Source of the DNA: a virus
IMG/VR virus record: IMGVR_UViG_3300009285_000011
Location: 1 to 50,241 of that record
DNA length: 50,241 nt
Reading direction: 5' to 3' (one strand)
Position 1 is the first letter of the stretch. Each line of letters begins with the position of its first letter. The notes under the pieces are model-generated. The model was not told where the DNA came from. It searched no databases and saw only the letters and a program-made list of their open reading frames with translations. This document shows, in pieces, positions 1-7,987 of this stretch. Made by a program: the position numbers and the translations under genes.

Positions 1-77
1 TGAGGCTTTATCGACTTGATAGCGGAGTAAGACTTCACTTGTCTTTGCCATCAGAGTGTGACCTTTACAGTATCTTC
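1..77. repeat. terminal direct repeat, copy A (identical to 50165-50241); circular-closure overlap
   Basis: The first 77 nt match the last 77 nt base for base. The tape-measure start codon at 50213-50215 equals positions 49-51 and overlaps the TGA of ORF 51-359. Confidence 0.95.
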
Positions 78-359
78 GAAGTTCATATCGGTATCATCCG
101 GGTCGCTATGTCGCGTTTCACCCTCGCTGCGAATAGCATCCCGTTTGTTGATATGGCGATAAATGTCATAGATCAGTTCGATTGGCGTATCGAGCCAGAG
201 CGCCGGATGCACATGCCACGATTCCAGACTATCCACACACAACCGGACAAACCAGTCGGGATAGTGATAGCCGAAATCGTCATCGGGTATTTCTGGCGGC
301 GGCGTAGCATTTTCTTGCATCCCGTAGAAAACGCTCTCTTGCCAATCACGCCGCCGCAT
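51..359 (-). CDS. gpT-like -1 frame extension of the tail assembly chaperone (expressed as a G-T fusion)
   Basis: The ORF is in the -1 frame relative to 359-724 and sits between the chaperone and the tape measure. A slippery heptamer lies at 365-371. Its stop overlaps the tape-measure ATG across the circular junction. Confidence 0.7.
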   Translation of the reverse strand: MRRRDWQESVFYGMQENATPPPEIPDDDFGYHYPDWFVRLCVDSLESWHVHPALWLDTPIELIYDIYRHINKRDAIRSEGETRHSDPDDTDMNFEDTVKVTL

Positions 360-724
360 CAGGCGTTTGGGTCAGTCACATCCATATAGGGCGCAAGGTC
401 GGGGTCAGTAGGTTTGTCCGTTTCATTGATCGCCGCCTCGATTTCGCGCACAAGATCGATATTGACAGTATCCAGATAAGCGACAAACTTGGTTTTAATC
501 GTTTCAGCATCATCCAAGCCTTTCGCCCATTGAAAGTCGCATTTTTTCGGCAGACCATCGATCCGCACGCAATAGGCAGCGTAATCGTAGAGTGAGTTCC
601 AGAGTTTATCAGATGGCATTTCATATTCTTTGACTAGTTCATCTATAAAAGGCCGCATCTGGCTTATTATGGCCTGCGCTCGCAATCGCCCAGCGACGGT
701 CAATGGTTTGACTTCGATAACCAT
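359..724 (-). CDS. tail assembly chaperone (gpG-like)
   Basis: I chose the start at ATG 722-724 (MVIEVKPLTV), which overlaps the TAA of the tail tube gene. The 190-aa track ORF that starts at 931 would overlap the tube gene. The gene sits between the tube and tape measure genes. Confidence 0.7.
   Translation of the reverse strand: MVIEVKPLTVAGRLRAQAIISQMRPFIDELVKEYEMPSDKLWNSLYDYAAYCVRIDGLPKKCDFQWAKGLDDAETIKTKFVAYLDTVNIDLVREIEAAINETDKPTDPDLAPYMDVTDPNA
365..371 (-). promoter_or_regulatory. -1 programmed ribosomal frameshift slippery heptamer C_CCA_AAC
   Basis: The minus strand reads GAC CCA AAC GCC TGA at the end of the G ORF. After a -1 slip the frame reads CCC AAA CGC CTG ATG CGG and continues open into ORF 51-359. 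Confidence 0.7.
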
Positions 725-1569
725 TACAGTAATGTGCCTTCTGCAACTTCGGTCAGGGCTTCGATTACCACATCCTGCCCCGGCGCAGCGATGAAAATCA
801 ACGATGTGCCAGAGATGCTGTAATCCGTTGTCAATGTTTTGCGTAGGTGATCGAGATAGATATATGACTTTGCACCGCTTACCGGAGCATAACTCATCGT
901 ATATGTAAGCAAGGCATTGTTGCCTCGCCATGTTTGGTAGTAAAGCGGGTTATCGCTATCAATGACTGAGATGCTCGTGCCTGTCGTGCCATGCTCAGTT
1001 TCATTGATGCTGAAACCGGGACCGAGGTCGCCGCGTGACGTATTCATGCGGTAACGATAGGGGCCGAACTCGCGCTGCGTGACCGCCGCCGGGCCCAACG
1101 GTTTGATGCCGGCCTGATGGATAAACCAGTTCTCCCACTTTTTCGCGCCCTTTTCGCCCGATTTCCAACTCTTAGCAATGCGCGATAGCAGCATACACAT
1201 CGACTGCGCCTGCCGCCCCATCGGGTCATAGACAGTAACTTCGATATCGCCGATAGTATGGACTTTAGTCTGTTGAATGAGCGCATCGAACACATTATCA
1301 CGCTGCGCCATTTCAAACACGCCATTGGGTAAATCTTCAGGGTCAAACTCGAACGTGACCATCGGCTCGTCATCGCCGGAAACGGGAACGATGACTGTCT
1401 CTGGAATGCCAAATGGGATGGTGCGAGCGCCGAATAGCCGCGCCAGCCCGCTCCCGGCGGCAACCCCCGCCGTTGGCGTCGTGGCCGTACTGCCGATAAA
1501 CACACCGTTGCTATTACGGACTCCGTACCATAGAACGCGGAACCCCGCGCCTATTGTGTTTTTAGACAT
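724..1569 (-). CDS. major tail (tube) protein, probably with a C-terminal Ig-like domain
   Basis: This 281-aa ORF lies immediately upstream of the G/GT chaperone pair and has a GGAG RBS 9 nt before the ATG. The call is positional only. Confidence 0.6.
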   Translation of the reverse strand: MSKNTIGAGFRVLWYGVRNSNGVFIGSTATTPTAGVAAGSGLARLFGARTIPFGIPETVIVPVSGDDEPMVTFEFDPEDLPNGVFEMAQRDNVFDALIQQTKVHTIGDIEVTVYDPMGRQAQSMCMLLSRIAKSWKSGEKGAKKWENWFIHQAGIKPLGPAAVTQREFGPYRYRMNTSRGDLGPGFSINETEHGTTGTSISVIDSDNPLYYQTWRGNNALLTYTMSYAPVSGAKSYIYLDHLRKTLTTDYSISGTSLIFIAAPGQDVVIEALTEVAEGTLL

Positions 1570-1584
1570 GATCGATTACTCCTG

Positions 1585-2070
1585 TTAGTAGGCTTCTCTG
1601 AGAAACGGAATTTGTAAGGTAAATTCAATGCCAAGTTGCAATGCACCAATACCGCCATTATCGAAAACTACCAATCCGGTGTGCGAGATGAGGCGCGTTA
1701 ATTCCTGTAAATAGTTAGGAACGGTGGTATACGATCCGGCGTTGGTCGTAAGCTGCGGATGTTCGCGGAAATATGTTTCTATCGCTTGGGCATATTGGTA
1801 AGCGAGATCGGCCTTATCTCCGGCGTATCCTGCCGTGACATGATCGACCACAATGCGCATCAGGATCGTGTGATTGTATTGTTCGATGTCTTCCGTAAAA
1901 GCGTCATAATCCGGCGTCATTTCACCTAGACGATTTGTCATGTAGGGTGTGACTTCCTGCTGATACGGCCAATATTTCACCGCATCGAACGCGCCACTCG
2001 TAATCGTCGCCAGTGCCTCGATTTCCATTGCTGCCACACGCGCCATCATATCCTGAATATAACTAGGCAT
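1585..2070 (-). CDS. putative tail terminator / neck protein (positional call)
   Basis: This 161-aa ORF lies just upstream of the tail tube gene and overlaps its neighbour. No motif was recognised. Confidence 0.35.
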   Translation of the reverse strand: MPSYIQDMMARVAAMEIEALATITSGAFDAVKYWPYQQEVTPYMTNRLGEMTPDYDAFTEDIEQYNHTILMRIVVDHVTAGYAGDKADLAYQYAQAIETYFREHPQLTTNAGSYTTVPNYLQELTRLISHTGLVVFDNGGIGALQLGIEFTLQIPFLREAY

Positions 2071-2305
2071 TGTCTACCCCGATATCCCGAAGCGTTTCAA
2101 TGAGGATGCGCGCTTTGGCGTTGACCTGTTCCATGATTGCCATTGACTTTTCCAGTTCTCGAATGCGGCTTTCCATGCGCATGATGTACCGTTCTAGCAT
2201 ATAGATACGCCGCTCTTGGTTGCCTTTGGCGGCGATTTCGACAGTCTGGGGGACATTGGTATAATTATGCACTTCTCGTTCGGTGAATTCTCGAATTTTA
2301 GTCAT
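2063..2305 (-). CDS. hypothetical small coiled-coil protein
   Basis: This 80-aa ORF overlaps the neighbouring ORFs at both ends (8 nt each), consistent with translational coupling. Confidence 0.5.
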   Translation of the reverse strand: MTKIREFTEREVHNYTNVPQTVEIAAKGNQERRIYMLERYIMRMESRIRELEKSMAIMEQVNAKARILIETLRDIGVDNA

Positions 2306-3146
2306 ACATGAAATCCTGTAATGTTCGCCTGAGTTCCATCAATAAATCCTGTGGATAGGTAACTACCCCCACGCCATCTAATGTCTCAACCTGAAATGAG
2401 CCGCGCCGGGCGTAGAGTAAGGCTGCCTGCCGTGTGGCAATACGGCGTATACGCTCATCGACACGGTAGACATTCACATCATCACCTGTCACGTGCGCCG
2501 CCGCTGTCGTGCCATTAACACCGCGCCTTACAGCAGCAGTATTGGCGGTTATATCGGTTGCGGTTACGTCCATGAGTTCTGTGCCGATTAGAATGAGATT
2601 ACCTGCGCTGATGCGCGGCGTGAATCCGTCGAGGTCAGTTCCATTGACATCGACAACCATAATCGAAGTGGCGCTAGCAGTGATATTAGCCGCCAGATCA
2701 TCAACATGGTCATAGGCAGCAGCATACTCTTCATTCCATCCCCACGCGCCTGTGACCTTAACCCATATTGGCGGTGTATCGGTTGAGTTGCCGCATTCCC
2801 ACCATGTTGTGGTGTTATTGGTAATCCGTATCGCCCGCGCCACGCCATTATAAGGCGTGTGAAGTTCGACATTGGCAGTGATGTCTTCATCTGCCCGGAG
2901 CACTGTCGTAATCGCCAGGAGCGCATCGTCGAGAACGAATACATTTTCATAACTGTTGACCCGCATAGATGAAACGGCAAACTTGCGCTGTTCGGTGTAG
3001 GGCGCGAAATAGGGGCGGCGCGATTGCATGGTTCTATCAATGCATCTGCTCACTTGCTGAATGAAACGTCTTACCTGCGCATCGCCAACTGCGCTATCGG
3101 CTTTTAATTCCACCTTTACGTCATCGAGCGTGCAGTAATCGGTCAT
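2298..3146 (-). CDS. head-tail connector/adaptor-like protein (gp6-like N- and C-termini with a large insertion)
   Basis: The N-terminus MTDYCTLDDVKVELKAD..AQVRRFIQQVSRCID resembles gp6-type adaptors. The gene lies in the head-tail joining block. Confidence 0.45.
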   Translation of the reverse strand: MTDYCTLDDVKVELKADSAVGDAQVRRFIQQVSRCIDRTMQSRRPYFAPYTEQRKFAVSSMRVNSYENVFVLDDALLAITTVLRADEDITANVELHTPYNGVARAIRITNNTTTWWECGNSTDTPPIWVKVTGAWGWNEEYAAAYDHVDDLAANITASATSIMVVDVNGTDLDGFTPRISAGNLILIGTELMDVTATDITANTAAVRRGVNGTTAAAHVTGDDVNVYRVDERIRRIATRQAALLYARRGSFQVETLDGVGVVTYPQDLLMELRRTLQDFMYD

Positions 3147-3643
3147 AACGGCGCAACGTCTCCCCAGAGTTTGATAGCCTGTCCCTCGGCCTTAATCGCC
3201 GCAGCAGCAATCAAGTCGCGTGATTTGTACCAGCCAGTATCGGCATGAAATGGCTGCTGCTGTGTTCCGGTCACATAGATTTCTTTGTCCCAGGGGTTAG
3301 ATACGACAATCATTCCGCCACTAACTGTGGCAGTATGCGTGATTTTCCAGCCACGCACAAATTTATGCGTGCGGCGGTAAGGTAAGTTCTTTTCGCGGCG
3401 TAACTTCGCCATGACGAACCGGCGCTGGCGCTCGCTTGCCCACCGTAATGGATAGGATGGTTTGCCCGGTTCGGTTTGCAACTTGACAAGCAGTTGATTG
3501 CCAATCGTCGGGCGTATCCTGGCATTAAACCGCGCACCGGCATGAGTGACGTGGTATTTCACATCATCGAATACTTTCGTATCTGTCGTGATTTCCAGCA
3601 CAATGCCAGGCGCTATTTGCTTGCGGATTGTCTTTTTAGCCAC
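3143..3643 (-). CDS. hypothetical head-completion/structural protein
   Basis: This 166-aa ORF has an ATGA overlap with its downstream neighbour. It is the first gene after the sugar/methyl island. Confidence 0.4.
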   Translation of the reverse strand: MAKKTIRKQIAPGIVLEITTDTKVFDDVKYHVTHAGARFNARIRPTIGNQLLVKLQTEPGKPSYPLRWASERQRRFVMAKLRREKNLPYRRTHKFVRGWKITHTATVSGGMIVVSNPWDKEIYVTGTQQQPFHADTGWYKSRDLIAAAAIKAEGQAIKLWGDVAPL

Positions 3644-3908
3644 GCCACACGACTCCCGTGTAATGCCCTAACATCAATGCCGCGCCGCTCAGAATGAACG
3701 GGTACAGAACGACTCGCGCTTCCGTCTGCCAGATGACGTACACGGCGATAGCAATCCAGATTGACACACAATAAATGCAGGAGAGAAACGCTTTGTACTT
3801 TCCTTCGCGCAGCCGGGAAAATAAACGCGCTGGGCCGTGTTCCAGCGCGATGATATTCGATATTCGCCATGTGGCGAGCGCGAGTAGTAGCAAATCAAAC
3901 GGGGTCAA
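3636..3908 (-). CDS. DUF1360-like integral membrane protein
   Basis: The protein has hydrophobic segments and a WRISNIIALEHGP..LSCIYCVSIW pattern that resembles the DUF1360 signature. Confidence 0.5.
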   Translation of the reverse strand: MTPFDLLLLALATWRISNIIALEHGPARLFSRLREGKYKAFLSCIYCVSIWIAIAVYVIWQTEARVVLYPFILSGAALMLGHYTGVVWRG

Positions 3909-4083
3909 ACTTCAAATCCTCATCTGGTGACTGTTCTATTTCTTCAGGGATTCCAAGTGGAAAATAGAAAGATTCCATTTCTTTTTTTTGAAGTCTCAAT
4001 CCAGCTAATCTGCTTTCCAAGTCACATATTTCATTGTTAATACACTCTAATCTAATAAGCCATATAGGGGTTTCATCAGACAT
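3895..4083 (-). CDS. hypothetical small coiled-coil protein (AT-rich ORF)
   Basis: This 62-aa ORF overlaps both neighbours. It is visibly AT-rich relative to its flanks. Confidence 0.45.
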   Translation of the reverse strand: MSDETPIWLIRLECINNEICDLESRLAGLRLQKKEMESFYFPLGIPEEIEQSPDEDLKFDPV

Positions 4084-5809
4084 TGGCTTTCACTCCTACC
4101 TTCGCCGGAATAATTTCCGTAAACAATTCCTTCACCCGCACATCGAATGTGTGGCGCTTATGAGCAAACCTGTACCCGGCCTGTCGGATCGTTTCGCGCT
4201 CTACCGGATTCGCCATCCAATACTCGATTGCGCTGGGCAAATCTTCCAGACTGTCGAATGCGGCGAAGTGAACGCCCGCTCGCAGTCCGGTGACTTTCAT
4301 CAATTTATTGACCTTCTGATGCAGCATGAATGCACCCGCGCCCAAACCCTCAAACATGCGGTTGCTGACGAAGCCGCTCCCGTCATTGTACTGATTATCG
4401 CCGACACAAATCTTAGCGTTACGCATCAATGCCTGCGATGTAGCGAAATCGTATAGCGTGTCGCCGTCGCCATCCAGCCAACCGCTGCCATAGATGCCGA
4501 CATTGTAAGGCAAACTCTTGAGCAACTTACCCCATTCCTGCCGCCATTCACTGTAGGCATTGGCAAGAAATAGCACATCATGCGCGGGCATATCCGGCAG
4601 AGTGGGGGGCTGCTCGAAGGCGCACTGCCAATAAGCCGCCGGGATACCTAACTTCTCATATTCATCAACCACGTTCAAGTTAACCACCAGCGCCAGATCG
4701 TACCATGCCAGCAAGTCTACCATACCGTTATTGAGTGACACATCCGGCCAATAATCGCCGTTCCAGTTTATACATAGCATAGCCGGGTTATCGCTACGCA
4801 GGTGGTGAATGCAGTCTATCGTAAACTCTTCGGCGCTGTGACATTGTGTAAACAGGATGTCCGGTTTCCATGCCCGCGCCAGCGTCATCACTTCCTGTAA
4901 CACGCTGCCTTTACTACGATGCGTCCTGAGATAATCATATTCGATAACCGTTCCGACACTGCCCAGCGCATCACGCAATCCGCGTTTCTGCTGGAATTGT
5001 GATGGTTTGTGACCCTCGAATATCGGTAAGTAGAGAATACGTACCCGATCATCTAATTCCGGCGCTTTGATGGGTTGGCTGTTGAATACCGCACCGCCTT
5101 TGAACCGCGTGTAATAAATGGCGCTGTCCTCGACGCCGTGCTGCCCGTTGATTTGGCGCATATCATCGCGGCTAATCACATCGTGGATTTTACAGCCCTC
5201 TACTGGATTGATCGTGTAGCCCATTTCCCAGATGCGCGATGACAGGTAGTTATCGCCGCCATAGGTTCGCGCTTTACTCATGAGCCGATCATCCGCGCCC
5301 CACCAGCCCGCCGCCTCGCCTAACCAACGCCGGAACATACCGACCTGCGCGTAAGGGGCGCTGATTTGCGAGCCATCGGCTAACCGCGCCGGGTGTTCCA
5401 TCACCTGATGCTTAGTCCGGTCATAGCGGTTATCAGCGAAGGCAACAGCGCCCGCGCTCGGAGTAGTATCCAGATAGCGCATGGCGATGAGTAAGCTCAC
5501 TGGATGAAAGGTCACATCATCATTTGCCATGACTACATAATCGCCTGTCGCTATTTTCGCGCCGTCACAGAAGGCTTTAATCGCGCCTCGCAATTCGCCA
5601 TGTTCGATGAGCTTCACATCAGACTGTTCTTTACACCATTGAAGCGTGCCATCAGTAGACCCGCCATCCACAATGATGATCTCATATTCCAGACCGCGAT
5701 ACATCTGGTTACGAATGGATATGATGAGGGCTTGCAAAAGACGCAGGCGGTTGTAGGTTCCGGTTACGATACTAAGATGCAAAAGGTTTCCTCCACATAG
5801 CAAGCCCAC
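4076..5809 (-). CDS. two-domain glycosyltransferase (N-terminal GT2/GT-A domain plus C-terminal CgeB/GT1-like GT-B domain)
   Basis: The N-terminal region reads LSIVTGTYNRL..IIIVDGGSTDGT..VVMANDDV. The C-terminal region reads NRMFEGLGAGAFMLHQ..ETIRQAGYRFAHKRHTF. The true start may be TTG at 5780-5782, which follows GGAGG. Confidence 0.8.
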   Translation of the reverse strand: MGLLCGGNLLHLSIVTGTYNRLRLLQALIISIRNQMYRGLEYEIIIVDGGSTDGTLQWCKEQSDVKLIEHGELRGAIKAFCDGAKIATGDYVVMANDDVTFHPVSLLIAMRYLDTTPSAGAVAFADNRYDRTKHQVMEHPARLADGSQISAPYAQVGMFRRWLGEAAGWWGADDRLMSKARTYGGDNYLSSRIWEMGYTINPVEGCKIHDVISRDDMRQINGQHGVEDSAIYYTRFKGGAVFNSQPIKAPELDDRVRILYLPIFEGHKPSQFQQKRGLRDALGSVGTVIEYDYLRTHRSKGSVLQEVMTLARAWKPDILFTQCHSAEEFTIDCIHHLRSDNPAMLCINWNGDYWPDVSLNNGMVDLLAWYDLALVVNLNVVDEYEKLGIPAAYWQCAFEQPPTLPDMPAHDVLFLANAYSEWRQEWGKLLKSLPYNVGIYGSGWLDGDGDTLYDFATSQALMRNAKICVGDNQYNDGSGFVSNRMFEGLGAGAFMLHQKVNKLMKVTGLRAGVHFAAFDSLEDLPSAIEYWMANPVERETIRQAGYRFAHKRHTFDVRVKELFTEIIPAKVGVKANV

Positions 5810-6413
5810 ATAATGCGGGGCTTATTTGATAACTGGTGAATGCGTCGCCGATCACATTCCTGATCCCGGTCTGCACATCAGCCTGCGTGCGCTCATGCTC
5901 ACTGTCGTGGGATACGATCATGCCGCCGGGAGCGCCATACTGATAGAACGCTTTCCAGACGTGTGTGACCATATCCATCTCATGATAAGCATCCTCGAAA
6001 ATAAAATCATAGGGCGGATTATATTTGTAGTTCCAGTCAAATAAATCAGCTTTCACGCTCTCTATAATCTCATGATACCAACCTTCCACTTCCAAACAGG
6101 TAGGCTCTACACCATTATCTATCGTGGTCAATCGCCCTACTCCATTTGTCAATAGCGCCTTTGCGATATGCGCCGTGCTCGTTCCCCAACAGTTACCGAT
6201 TTCCAGGACATTTTTAGGATGCAATGCTCGAACAAGCGCGTAAAGCGCCTGACCCTCAACACCCCAGATACCCTTCTTATATTTGCTAGGATTATCCAGC
6301 GTCGGGAAATGGCCGCCCAGATTATCTTCATAAGCATAAGCAATAAGTTCACTAGCTGATAACCCATAGGTAAGCGCGATGTGAGATAGACATTCTTCGA
6401 GCGTTCCGTTCAT
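5772..6413 (-). CDS. class I SAM-dependent O-methyltransferase (Methyltransf_24 / OMT family 3-like), paralog 1
   Basis: Motifs seen are VLEIGNCWGTSTAHIAKAL..RLTTIDN..FIFEDAYH..GGMIVSHD. The start has an ATGA overlap with the upstream gene. Confidence 0.75.
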   Translation of the reverse strand: MNGTLEECLSHIALTYGLSASELIAYAYEDNLGGHFPTLDNPSKYKKGIWGVEGQALYALVRALHPKNVLEIGNCWGTSTAHIAKALLTNGVGRLTTIDNGVEPTCLEVEGWYHEIIESVKADLFDWNYKYNPPYDFIFEDAYHEMDMVTHVWKAFYQYGAPGGMIVSHDSEHERTQADVQTGIRNVIGDAFTSYQISPALCGLAMWRKPFAS

Positions 6414-7111
6414 TTAACTGCCACCCATCCGGCAAAATTCATCCAACGCCAAAAACAATCAATATGCCGGAAGCCCACCGCCTGTAGAAATTCTTCATTC
6501 ATTCGCGCTGTAACCGGGACTAATACGCCTTCCAATGCCAGCCGCTTGCGTTCAATTTGTTCCCCCGAATAACCGGCATTGCCTTTGGCAGTATAGTAGA
6601 GATCGGCCATGTCCTGATTAAGCCGCGCTGTTGCGCCGAGCACTTTTTCTACCAGAACGAGCGCTCCACCGGGCAGCAGCGAATTGTAGACATCCTGTAT
6701 GACACACTGGCGGTATTCGATAGGGATAAATTGCAGCGTCAGCACCGACAGCACCAGCGTGGCGCGTTCCGGCGGGTAAGCATGGCGCAAGTCAGTGTCG
6801 CGGATAATGACGTTCTCATTCCCAGCAAAGCGCATCTGGGCAGCAAGGCGCATCGGTTCGCTGACTTCGATACCCAGGCATTTATGTGATTTGGAATAGC
6901 AGTTGACGAATGGTTCTATCGCCTGTCCACGCGAACAGCCTAAATCGACGATCCAGCCTTCCTCCTGCACGTAGCGGCGGCCAATGTCATACACCGATTT
7001 ACGCATGACTTCGTACTGAGGAACAGACCGCGCCAACATATCCTCGAACACCTGTGAAACGCTGGTATCGAATGACCACTTGTCGGTAGGATAAATAGTG
7101 TCGCGATTCAT
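6410..7111 (-). CDS. cmoA: CmoA-like carboxy-S-adenosylmethionine synthase homolog
   Basis: The protein resembles E. coli CmoA end to end by eye: WSFD..VFEDMLARSVPQY, VDLGCSRG, LVLSVLTLQFIP..YNSLLPGGALVLVEK, GYSGEQIERKR, and C-terminal WMNFAGWVAVK. I chose the start at ATG 7109-7111 (MNRDT), which makes an ATGA overlap. Confidence 0.7.
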   Translation of the reverse strand: MNRDTIYPTDKWSFDTSVSQVFEDMLARSVPQYEVMRKSVYDIGRRYVQEEGWIVDLGCSRGQAIEPFVNCYSKSHKCLGIEVSEPMRLAAQMRFAGNENVIIRDTDLRHAYPPERATLVLSVLTLQFIPIEYRQCVIQDVYNSLLPGGALVLVEKVLGATARLNQDMADLYYTAKGNAGYSGEQIERKRLALEGVLVPVTARMNEEFLQAVGFRHIDCFWRWMNFAGWVAVK

Positions 7112-7722
7112 ACAGGTTTTCTCCATATCCCCAGACCACACTTTCCCGGCTGTATCAGAAGCGGTAAACCATCAGGCGTCACTCGCGCCATACCTTCTCT
7201 AACTGTTAATCCCACCGATTCATGGACTGCGTCATGGCTAACAATCATTGCGCCCGGTAATGCATTCTCTTTGAAGTCTGCCCACACATGCGCAGTCATC
7301 TCCGCCGTGTGCATTGCATCTTCAAACACAAAATCGACACAACCACTAGGCATCCGATAATCGAAGAGACTGATATTGACCTGTTCAATAATCCCAGCAT
7401 ACCGTTCTGGCACTTTATACATGAATGCGATGTCAATCGAAATGAGTTTACCCTGTTCGTTCCTGAATAGGGCTTCCGCGATATGGTAGGCGCTGCATCC
7501 ATAATAGCTACCCACTTCGATAGCCAGTTTAGGCTTCAATGCCCGGATAAGCGCGTAAATGATTTGCCCTTCAACTTCCCACACACTGCCACATATCCAT
7601 TTCGCATTCGCCGGGTTTTCGTCCCAACCGCCAATGGTATCTTCTTGCACATAAGCGGCGAGTTCGGATTCATTCAGGCCGTAGGCCACAGCGATTTTGT
7701 GCAGGGCTTCAGAGAGGTTCAT
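7108..7722 (-). CDS. class I SAM-dependent O-methyltransferase, paralog 2
   Basis: Motifs seen are AIEVGSYYGCSAYHIAEAL..KLISIDI..FVFEDAMH..GAMIVSHD. The protein is clearly paralogous to 5772-6413 and 7974-8612. Confidence 0.75.
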   Translation of the reverse strand: MNLSEALHKIAVAYGLNESELAAYVQEDTIGGWDENPANAKWICGSVWEVEGQIIYALIRALKPKLAIEVGSYYGCSAYHIAEALFRNEQGKLISIDIAFMYKVPERYAGIIEQVNISLFDYRMPSGCVDFVFEDAMHTAEMTAHVWADFKENALPGAMIVSHDAVHESVGLTVREGMARVTPDGLPLLIQPGKCGLGIWRKPV

Positions 7723-7987
7723 GTATAGCTATCCAGTTAATCAGTGTGGAAAGTTTGGTTGTAGTATAAATCGTCTTGTTACTTTTGTGTTCAACTAACG
7801 ACCAGGATGTCTCATCATTCCCATAAAGCGGATCACTCACGATAATCAGGTATCCATTTTGCATTAAAACATGGCTAACAAAATGTAGCAGTGCCCGTCG
7901 ATCTAGTTTCAAATCTTCGATACCCTGTTGCAATTCCATTATCACGTCTTCTCGAAATGCTAGAATACTAGTCTCAGAGAGATTCAT
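7709..7987 (-). CDS. hypothetical 92-aa protein (AT-rich insert between the methyltransferase paralogs)
   Basis: I chose the start at ATG 7985-7987 (MNLSETS), which follows GGGGAG. The longer track ORF that runs to 8074 would overlap the upstream methyltransferase by 100 nt. Confidence 0.5.
   Translation of the reverse strand: MNLSETSILAFREDVIMELQQGIEDLKLDRRALLHFVSHVLMQNGYLIIVSDPLYGNDETSWSLVEHKSNKTIYTTTKLSTLINWIAIHEPL

Noticed and set aside
359-931. The 190-aa version of the chaperone ORF starting at 931
   Set aside because: Its first 69 codons overlap the 3' end of the tail tube gene in another frame and encode a Cys/Arg-rich sequence. The internal ATG at 722-724 gives the usual start/stop coupling.
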